A stretch of 64,000 bases of DNA, from positions 44,702,001 to 44,766,000 of the forward strand of contig OZ024745.1 of NCBI GenBank assembly GCA_964016885.1, written 5' to 3'. A program made the position numbers and the translations under genes. Shown here in pieces: positions 49,101 through 61,100 of the stretch. The notes below the pieces were generated by a model, which worked only from the letters and a program-made list of their open reading frames with translations, made no database searches and was not told where the DNA came from. Every line of letters starts with the position of its first letter. Within the stretch, counting starts at the first letter, position 1. The DNA is from Eledone cirrhosa. Taxonomy: Eukaryota.

Positions 49101-52100
49101 CAGTCTGATACTTGGTATATAGTGACACTGGACAGTCTGGTACTTGGTATATAGTGACACTGGACAGTCTGGTATTTGGTATATAGTGACACTGGACAGT
49201 CTGTTACTTGGTATATAGTGACACTGGGCAGTCTGGTACTTGGTATATAGTGACACTAGACAGTTTGGTACTTGGTATATAGTGACACTAGACAGTGTGG
49301 TACTTGGTATATAGTGACACTGGACGGTCTGATACTTGGTATATAGTGACACTGGAGAGTCTGATAATTGGTATATAGTGACACTAGACAGTCTGATACT
49401 TGGTATATAGTGACACTGGACAGTCTGGTACTTGGTATATAGTGATACTAGACAGTTTGGTACTTGGTATATAGTGACACTAGACAGTCTGTTACTTGGT
49501 ATATAGTGACACTGGACAGCCTGATACTTGGTATATAGTGACACTGGACAGTCTAGTACTTGGTATATAATGACACTGGACAGTCTGGTACTTAGTATAT
49601 AGTGTTACTGGACAGTCTGGTACTTGGTATATAGTGACACTAGGCAGTCTGGTACTTGGTATATAGTGACACTGGACAGTCTGGTACGTGGTATATAGTG
49701 ACACTGGTCAGTCGGATACTTGGTATATAGTGACACTGGACAGTCTGATACTTGGTATATAGTGACACTAGCCAGTCTGATACTTGGTATATAGTGACAC
49801 TGGACAGTCTGGTACTTGGTATATAGTGACACTAGCCAGTCTGATACTTGGTATATAGTGACACTGGACAGTCTGGTACTTGGTATATAGTGACACTAGA
49901 CAGTCTGATACTTGGTATATAGTGACACTGGACAGTCTGGTACTTGGTATATAGTGTTACTGGACAGTCTGGTACTTGGTATATAGTGACACTGGACAGT
50001 CTAGTACTTGGTATATAGTGACACTAGACAGTCTGATACTTGGTATATAGTGACACTGGACACTCTGGTACTTGGTATATAGTGACACTGGACAGTATGG
50101 TACTTGGTATATAGTGACACTAGACAGTCTGGTACTTGGTATATAGTGTTACTGGACAGTCTGGTACTTGGTAGATAGTGACACTAGACAGTCTGGTACT
50201 TGGTATATAGTGACACTGGACAGTCAGGTAGTTGGTATATAGTGACACTGGACAGTCTGATACTTGGTATATAGTGACACTGGAAGTCTGATACTTGGTA
50301 TATAGTGACACTAGACAGTCTGGTACTTGGTATATAGTGACACTGGACAGTCTGGTACTTGGTATATAGTAACACTAGACAGTCTGGTACTTGGTATATA
50401 GTGACACCGGACAGTCTGGTACCTGGTATATAGTGACACTGGACAGTCTGATACTTGGTATATAGTGTTACTGGACAGTCTGGTACTTGGTATATAGTGA
50501 CACTAGACAGTCTGGTACTTGGTATATAGTGACACTAGACAGTCTGGTACTTGGTATATAGTGACACTGGACAGTCTGGTACCTGGTATATAGTGATACT
50601 GGACAGTCTGATACTTGGTATATAGTGACACTGGACAGCCTGGTACTTGGTATATAGTGACACTAGACAGTCTGGTAGTTGGTATATAGTGACACTGGAC
50701 AGTCTGATACATGGCATATAATGACACTGGACAGTCTGATACATGGCATATAGTGACACTGGACAATCTGTTACTTGGTATATAGTGACACTGGACAGTC
50801 TGGTACTTGGTATATAGTGACACTGGAAGTCTTGTACTTGGTATATAGTGACACTAGACAGTCTGGTACTTGGTATATAGTGACACTGGACAGTCAGGTA
50901 CTTGGCATATAGTGACACTGGACAGTCTGATACTTGGTATATAGTGACACTAGACAGTCTGGTACTTGGTATATAGTGACACTGGACAGTCGGGTACTTG
51001 GTATATAGTGACACTGGACAGTCTGATACTTGGTATATAGTGACACTAGACAGTCTGGTACTTGGTATATAGTGACACTGGACAGTCTGGTACTTGATAT
51101 ATAGTGACACTGGACAGTCTGATACTTGGTATATAGTGACAATGGACAGTCTGATACTTGGTATATAGTGACACTGGACAGTCTGGTAATTGGTATATAG
51201 TGACACTGGACAGTCTGATACTCGGTATATAGTGACACTGGACAGTATGGTACTTGGTATATAGAGACACTGGACAGTCTGATATTGGTATATAGTGACA
51301 CTGGACAGTCTGGTACTTGGTATATAGTGACATTGGACAGTCTGTTACTTGGTATATAGTGACATTAGACAGTCTGGTAATTGGTATATAATGACGCTGG
51401 ACAGTCTGATACGTGGTATATAGTGACACTGGACAGTCTGGTACTTGGTATAGAGTGACACTAGACAGTCTGGTACTTGGTATATAGTGACACTGGACAG
51501 TCTGATACTTGGTATATAGTGACACTGGACAGTCTGGTACTTGGTATATAGTGACACTGGACAGTCTGGTACTTGGTATATAGTGACACTAGACAGTCTG
51601 TTACTTGGTATATAGTGACACTGGACAGTCTGGTACTTGGTATATAGTGACACTGGACAGTCTGGTACTTGGTATATAGTGACACTGGACAGTCTGGTAC
51701 TTGGTATATAGTGACACTGGACAGTCTGATACTTGGTATATAGTGACACTGAAAAGTCTAGTACATGGTATATAGTGACACTGGACAGTCTGATATTTGG
51801 TATATAGTGACACTAGACAGTCTGTTACTTGGTATATAGTGACACTGGACAGTCTGGTACTTGGTATATAGTGACACTGGACAGTCTGATACTTGGTATA
51901 TAGTGACACTAGACAGTCTGTTACTTGGTATATAGTGACACTGGACAGTCTGGTACTTGGTATATAGTGACACTGGACAGGCTGGTACTTGGTATATAGT
52001 GACACTGGACAGTCTGATACTTGGTATATAGTGACACTGGACAGTCTGATACTTGGTATATAGTGACACTAGACAGTCTGGTACTTGGTATATAGTCACA

Positions 52101-55100
52101 CTAGACAGTTTGGTATTTGGTATATAGTGACACTAGACAGTCTGGTACTTGGTATATAGTGACACTGGATAGTCTGATATTGGTATATAGTGACATTGGA
52201 CAGTCTGATACTTGGTATATAGTGACACTGGACAGTCTGCTACTTGGTATATAGTGACACTGGACAGTCTGGTATTTGGTATATAGTGACACTGGACAGT
52301 CTGTTACTTGGTATATAGTGACACTGGGCAGTCTGGTACTTGGTATATAGTGACACTAGACAGTTTGGTACTTGGTATATAGTGACACTAGACAGTGTGG
52401 TACTTGGTATATAGTGACACTGGACGGTCTGATACTTGGTATATAGTGACACTGGAGAGTCTGATAATTGGTATATAGTGACACTAGACAGTCTGATACT
52501 TGGTATATAGTGACACTGGACAGTCTGGTACTTGGTATATAGTGATACTAGACAGTTTGGTACTTGGTATATAGTGACACTAGACAGTCTGTTACTTGGT
52601 ATATAGTGACACTGGACAGCCTGATACTTGGTATATAGTGACACTGGACAGTCTAGTACTTGGTATATAATGACACTGGACAGTCTGGTACTTAGTATAT
52701 AGTGTTACTGGACAGTCTGGTACTTTGTATATAGTGACACTAGGCAGTCTGGTACTTGGTATATAGTGACACTGGACAGTCTGGTACTTGGTATATAGTG
52801 ACACTAGACAGTCTGGTACTTGGTATATAGTGACACTGGACAGTCTGATACTTGGTATATAGTGTTACTGGCGAGTCTGGTACTTGCTATATAGTGACAC
52901 TGGACAGTCTGATACTTGGTATATAGTGACACTGGACAGTCTGGTAATTGGTATATAGTGACACTGGACAGTCTGATACTTGGTATATAGTGACACTGGA
53001 CAGTCTGATACTTGGTATATAGTGACACTAGACAGTCTGGTACTTGGTATATAGTGACACTGGACAGTCTGGTACTTGGTATATAGTGACACTGGACAGT
53101 CTGGTACTTGGTATATAGTGACACTGGACAGCCTGGTACTTGGTATATAGTGACACTAGACAGTCTGGTACTTGGTATATAGTGTTACTGGACAGTCTGG
53201 TACTTGGTATATAGTGACACTAGACAGTCTGGTACTTGGTATATAGTGACACTGGACAGTCTGGTAGTTGGTATATAGTGACACTGGACAGTCTGATACT
53301 TGGTATATAGTGACACTGGAAGTCTGATACTTGGTATATAGTGACACTAGACAGTCTGGTACTTGGTATATAGTGACACTGGACAGTCTGGTACTTGGTA
53401 TATAGTGACACTAGACAGTCTGGTACTTGGTATATAGTGTTACTGGACAGTCTGGTACTTGGTATATAGTGACACTAGACAGTCTGGTACTTGGTATAGA
53501 GTGACACTAGACAGTCTGGTACTTGGTATATAGTGACACTGGACAATCTGGTATTTGGTATATAGTGACAGTAGACAGTCTGGTACTTGGTATATAGTGA
53601 CACTGGACAGTCTGGTACCTGGTATATAGTGATACTGGACAGTTTGGTACTTGGTATATAGTGACACTGGACAGTCTGATACTTGGTATATAGTGACACT
53701 GGACAGTCTGATACTTGGTATATAGTGACACTGGACAGTATGGTACTTGGTATATAGTGACACTAGACAGTCTGGTACTTGGTATATAGTGTTACTGGAC
53801 AGTCTGGTACTTGGTAGATAGTGACACTAGACAGTCTGGTACTTGGTATATAGTGACACTGGACAGTCAGGTAGTTGGTATATAGTGACACTGGACAGTC
53901 TGATACTTGGTATATAGTGACACTGGAAGTCTGATACTTGGTATATAGTGACACTAGACAGTCTGGTACTTAGTATATAGTGACACTGGACAGTCTGGTA
54001 CTTGGTATATAGTAACACTAGACAGTCTGGTACTTGGTATATAGTGTTACTGGACAGTCTGGTACTTGGTATATAGTGACACTAGACAGTCTGGTACTTG
54101 GTATATAGTGACACTGGACAATCTGGTATTTAGTATATAGTGACAGTAGACAGTCTGGTACTTGGTATATAGTGACACTAGACAGTCTGGTACTTGGTAT
54201 ATAGTGACACTGGACAGTCTGGTACCTGGTATATAGTGATACTGGACAGTCTGATACTTGGTATATAGTGACACTGGACAGCCTGGTACTTGGTATATAG
54301 TGACACTAGACAGTCTGGTAGTTGGTATATAGTGACACTGGACAGTCTGATACATGGCATATAGTGACACTGGACAGTCTGATACTTGGTATATAGTGAC
54401 ACTAGACAGTCTGTTACTTGGTATATAGTGACACTGGACAATCTGGTATTTGGTATATAGTGACAGTAGACAGTCTGGTACTTGGTATATAGTGACACTG
54501 GACAGTCTGGTACCTGGTATATAGTGATACTGGACAGTTTGGTACTTGGTATATAGTGACACTGGACAGTCTGATACTTGGTATATAGTGACACTGGACA
54601 GTCTGATACTTGGTATATAGTGACACTGGACAGTCTGGTACTTGGTATATAGTGACACTGGACAGTCTGATACTTGGTATATAGTGACACTGGACAGTCT
54701 GGTACTTGGTATATAGTGACACTGGACAGTCAGGTACTTGGTATATAGTGACACTGGACAGTCTGATACTTGGTATGTAGTGACACTAGACAGTCTGGTA
54801 CTTGGTATATAGTGACACTGGACAGTCTGGTACTTGGTATATAGTGACACTGGACAGTCTGGTACTTGGTATATAGTGACACTGGACAGTCTGGTACTTG
54901 GTATATAGTGACACTGGAGAGTCTGATACTTGGTATATAGTGACGCTGGACAGTCTGGTACTTGGTATATAGTGTTACTGGACAGTCTGGTACGTGGTAT
55001 ATAGTGACACTGGTCAGTCGGATACTTGGTATATAGTGACACTGGACAGTCTGATACTTGGTATATAGTGACACTAGCCAGTCTGATACTTGGTATATAG

Positions 55101-58100
55101 TGACACTGGACAGTCTGGTACTTGGTATATAGTGACACTAGCCAGTCTGATACTTGGTATATAGTGACACTGGACAGTCTGGTACTTGGTATATAGTGAC
55201 ACTAGACAGTCTGATACTTGGTATATAGTGACACTGGACAGTCTGGTACTTGGTATATAGTGTTACTGGACAGTCTGGTACTTGGTATATAGTGACACTG
55301 GACAGTCTAGTACTTGGTATATAGTGACACTAGACAGTCTGATACTTGGTATATAGTGACACTGGACACTCTGGTACTTGGTATATAGTGACACTGGACA
55401 GTATGGTACTTGGTATATAGTGACACTAGACAGTCTGGTACTTGGTATATAGTGTTACTGGACAGTCTGGTACTTGGTAGATAGTGACACTAGACAGTCT
55501 GGTACTTGGTATATAGTGACACTGGACAGTCAGGTAGTTGGTATATAGTGACACTGGACAGTCTGATACTTGGTATATAGTGACACTGGAAGTCTGATAC
55601 TTGGTATATAGTGACACTAGACAGTCTGGTACTTGGTATATAGTGACACTGGACAGTCTGGTACTTGGTATATAGTGTTACTGGACAGTCTGGTACTTGG
55701 TATATAGTGACACTAGACAGTCTGGTACTTGGTATATAGTGACACTAGACAGTCTGGTACTTGGTATATAGTGACACTGGACAATCTGGTATTTAGTATA
55801 TAGTGACAGTAGACAGTCTGGTACTTGGTATATAGTGACACTAGACAGTCTGGTACTTGGTATATAGTGACACTGGACAGTCTGGTACCTGGTATATAGT
55901 GATACTGGACAGTCTGATACTTGGTATATAGTGACACTGGACAGCCTGGTACTTGGTATATAGTGACACTAGACAGTCTGGTAGTTGGTATATAGTGACA
56001 CTGGACAGTCTGATACATGGCATATAGTGACACTGGACAGTCTGATACTTGGTATATAGTGACACTAGACAGTCTGGTACTTGGTATATACTGACACTGG
56101 ACAGTCTGATACTTGGTATATAGTGTTACTGGCGAGTCTGGAACTTGGTATATAGTGACACTGGACAGTCTGATACTTGGTATATAGTGACACTGGACAG
56201 TCTGGTAATTGGTATATAGTGACACTGGACAGTCTGATACTTGGTATATAGTGACACTGGACAGTCTGATACTTGGTATATAGTGACACTAGACAGTCTG
56301 GTACTTGGTATATAGTGACACTGGACAGCCTGGTACTTGGTATATAGTGACACTAGACAGTCTGGTACTTCGTATATAGTGTTACTGGACAGTCTGGTAC
56401 TTGGTATATAGTGACACTAGACAGTCTGGTACTTGGTATATAGTGACACTGGACAGTCTGGTAGTTGGTATATAGTGACACTGGACAGTCTGATACTTGG
56501 CATATAGTGACACTGGACAGTCTGATATTTGGTATATAGTGACACTAGACAGTCTGGTACTTGGTATATAGTGACACTAGACAGTCTGGTACTTGGTATA
56601 TAGTGACACTGGATAATCTGGTATTTGGTATATAGTGACAGTAGACAGTCTGGTACTTGGTATATAGTGACACTACACAGTCTGGTACTTGGTATATAGT
56701 GACACTGGACAGTCTGGTACCTGGTATATAGTGATACTGGACAGTCTGGTACTTGGTATATAGTGACACTGGACAGTCTGATACTTGGTATATAGTGACA
56801 CTGGACAGTCTGATACTTGGTATATAGTGACACTGGAAGTCTTGTACTTGGTATATAGTGACACTAGACAGTCTGGTACTTGGTATATAGTGACACTGGA
56901 CAGTCTGGTACTTGGTATATAGTGACACTGGACAGTCTGGTACTTGGTATATAGTGTTACTGGACAGTCTGGTACGTGGTATATAGTGACACTGGTCAGT
57001 CGGATACTTGGTATATAGTGACACTGGACAGTCTGATACTTGGTATATAGTGACACTAGCCAGTCTGACACTTGGTATATAGTGACACTGGACAGTCTGG
57101 TACTTGGTATATAGTGACACTAGCCAGTCTGATACTTGGTATATAGTAACACTGGACAGTCTGGTACTTGGTATATAGTGACACTAGACAGTCTGATACT
57201 TGGTATATAGTGACACTGGACAGTCTGGTACTTGGTATATAGTGTTACTGGACAGTCTGGTACTTGGTATATAGTGACACTGGACAGTCTAGTACTTGGT
57301 ATATAGTGACACTGGACAGTATGGTACTTGGTATATAGTGACACTAGACAGTCTGGTACTTGGTATATAGTGTTACTGGACAGTCTGGTACTTGGTAGAT
57401 AGTGACACTAGACAGTCTGGTACTTGGTATATAGTGACACTGGACAGTCAGGTAGTTGGTATATAGTGACACTGGACAGTCTGATACTTGGTATATAGTG
57501 ACACTGGAAGTCTGATACTTGGTATATAGTGACACTAGACAGTCTGGTACTTGGTATATAGTGACACTGGACAGTCTGGTACTTGGTATATAGTAACACT
57601 AGACAGTCTGGTACTTGGTATATAGTGTTACTGGACAGTCTGGTACTTGGTATATAGTGACACTAGACAGTCTGGTACTTGGTATATAGTGACACTAGAC
57701 AGTCTGGTACTTGGTATATAGTGACACTGGACAATCTGGTATTTAGTATATAGTGACAGTAGACAGTCTGGTACTTGGTATATAGTGACACTAGACAGTC
57801 TGGTACTTGGTATATAGTGACACTGGACAGTCTGGTACCTGGTATATAGTGATACTGGACAGTCTGATACTTGGTATATAGTGACACTGGACAGCCTGGT
57901 ACTTGGTATATAGTGACACTAGACAGTCTGGTAGTTGGTATATAGTGACACTGGACAGTCTGATACATGGCATATAGTGACACTGGACAGTCTGATACTT
58001 GGTATATAGTGACACTAGACAGTCTGGTACTTGGTATATACTGACACTGGACAGTCTGATACTTGGTATATAGTGTTACTGGCGAGTCTGGAACTTGGTA

Positions 58101-61100
58101 TATAGTGACACTGGACAGTCTGATACTTGGTATATAGTGACACTGGACAGTCTGGTAATTGGTATATAGTGACACTGGACAGTCTGATACTTGGTATATA
58201 GTGACACTAAACAGTCTGGTACTTGGTATATAGTGACACTGGACAGTCTGGTACTTGGTATATAGTAACACTAGACAGTCTGGTACTTGGTATATAGTGT
58301 TACTGGACAGTCTGGTACTTGGTATATAGTGACACTAGACAGTCTGGTACTTGGTATATAGTGACACTAGACAGTCTGGTACTTGGTATATAGTGACACT
58401 GGACAATCTGGTATTTAGTATATAGTGACAGTAGACAGTCTGGTACTTGGTATATAGTGACACTAGACAGTCTGGTACTTGGTATATAGTGACACTGGAC
58501 AGTCTGGTACCTGGTATATAGTGATACTGGACAGTCTGATACTTGGTATATAGTGACACTGGACAGCCTGGTACTTGGTATATAGTGACACTAGACAGTC
58601 TGGTAGTTGGTATATAGTGACACTGGACAGTCTGATACATGGCATATAGTGACACTGGACAGTCCGATACTTGGTATATAGTGACACTAGACAGTCTGGT
58701 ACTTGGTATATACTGACACTGGACAGTCTCATACTTGGTATATAGTGTTACTGGCGAGTCTGGAACTTGGTATATAGTGACACTGGACAGTCTGATACTT
58801 GGTATATAGTGACACTGGACAGTCTGGTAATTGGTATATAGTGACACTGGACAGTCTGATACTTGGTATATAGTGACACTGGACAGTCTGATACTTGGTA
58901 TATAGTGACACTAGACAGTCTGGTACTTGGTATATAGTGACACTGGACAGCCTGGTACTTGGTATATAGTGACACTAGACAGTCTGGTACTTCGTATATA
59001 GTGTTACTGGACAGTCTGGTACTTGGTATATAGTGACACTAGACAGTCTGGTACTTGGTATATAGTGACACTGGACAGTCTGGTAGTTGGTATATAGTGA
59101 CACTGGACAGTCTGATACTTGGCATATAGTGACACTGGACAGTCTGATACTTGGTATATAGTGACACTAGACAGTCTGGTACTTGGTATATAGTGACACT
59201 AGACAGTCTGGTACTTGGTATATAGTGACACTGGATAATCTGGTATTTGGTATATAGTGACAGTAGACAGTCTGGTACTTGGTATATAGTGACACTACAC
59301 AGTCTGGTACTTGGTATATAGTGACACTGGACAGTCTGGTACCTGGTATATAGTGATACTGGACAGTCTGGTACTTGGTATATAGTGACACTGGACAGTC
59401 TGATACTTGGTATATAGTGACACTGGACAGTCTGATACTTGGTATATAGTGACACTGGAAGTCTTGTACTTGGTATATAGTGACACTAGACAGTCTGGTA
59501 CTTGGTATATAGTGACACTGGACAGTCTGGTACTTGGTATATAGTGACACTGGACAGTCTGGTACTTGGTATATAGTGACACTAGACAGTCTGGTACTTG
59601 GTATATAGTGTTACTGGACAGTCTGGTACTTGGTATATAGTGACACTAGACAGTCTGGTACTTGGTATATAGTGACACTAGACAGTCTGGTACTTGGTAT
59701 ATAGTGACACTGGACAGTCTGGTTCTTGGTATATAGAGACACTAGACAGTCTGGTACTTGGTATATAGTGACACTAGACAGTCTGGTACTTGGTATATAG
59801 TGACACTAGACAGTCTGGTACTTGGTATATAGTGGCACTGGACAGTCTGATACTTAGTATATAGTGACACTGGAGAGTCTGGTACTTGGTATATAGTGAC
59901 ACTGGAAGTCTTGTACTTGGTATATAGTGACACTAGACAGTCTGGTACTTGGTATATAGTGACACTGGACAGTCAGGTACTTGGCATATAGTGACACTGG
60001 ACAGTCTGATACTTGGTATATAGTGACACTAGACAGTCTGGTACTTGGTATATAGTGACACTGGACAGTCGGGTACTTGATATATAGTGACACTGGACAG
60101 TCTGATACTTGGTATATAGTGACACTAGACAGTCTGGTACTTGGTATATAGTGACACTGGACAGTCTGGTACTTGGTATATAGTGACACTGGACAGTCTG
60201 ATACTTGGTATATAGTGACAATGGACAGTCTGATACTTGGTATATAGTGACACTGGACAGTCTGGTAATTGGTATATAGTGACACTGGACAGTCTGATAC
60301 TCGGTATATAGCGACACTGGACAGTATCGTACTTGGTATATAGAGACACTGGACAGTCTGATATTGGTATATAGTGACACTGGACAGTCTGGTACTTGGT
60401 ATATAGTGACATTGGACAGTCTGTTAGTTGGTATATAGTGACATTAGACAGTCTGGTAATTGGTATATAATGACACTGGACAGTCTGATACGTGGTATAT
60501 AGTGACACTGGACAGTCTGGTACTTGGTATATAGTGACACTGGACAGTCTGATACTTGGTATATAGTGACACTGAAAAGTCTGGTACATGGTATATAGTG
60601 ACACTGGACAGTCTGATATTTGGTATATAGTGACACTAGACAGTCTGTTACTTGGTATATAGTGACACTGGACAGTCTGGTACTTGGTATATAGTGACAC
60701 TGGACAGTCTGATACTTGTTATATAGTGACACTAGACAGTCTGTTACTTGGTATATAGTGACACTGGACAGTCTGGTACTTGGTATATAGTGACACTGGA
60801 CAGGCTGGTACTTGGTATATAGTGACACTGGACAGTCTGATACTTGGTATATAGTGACACTGGACAGTCTGATACTTGGTATATAGTGACACTAGACAGT
60901 CTGGTACTTGGTATATAGTCACACTAGACAGTTTGGTATTTTGTATATAGTGACACTAGACAGTCTGGTACTTGGTATATAGTGACACTGGATAGTCTGA
61001 TATTGGTATATAGTGACATTGGACAGTCTGATACTTGGTATATAGTGACACTGGACAGTCTGGTACTTGGTATATAGTGCCACTGGACAGTCTGGTATTT

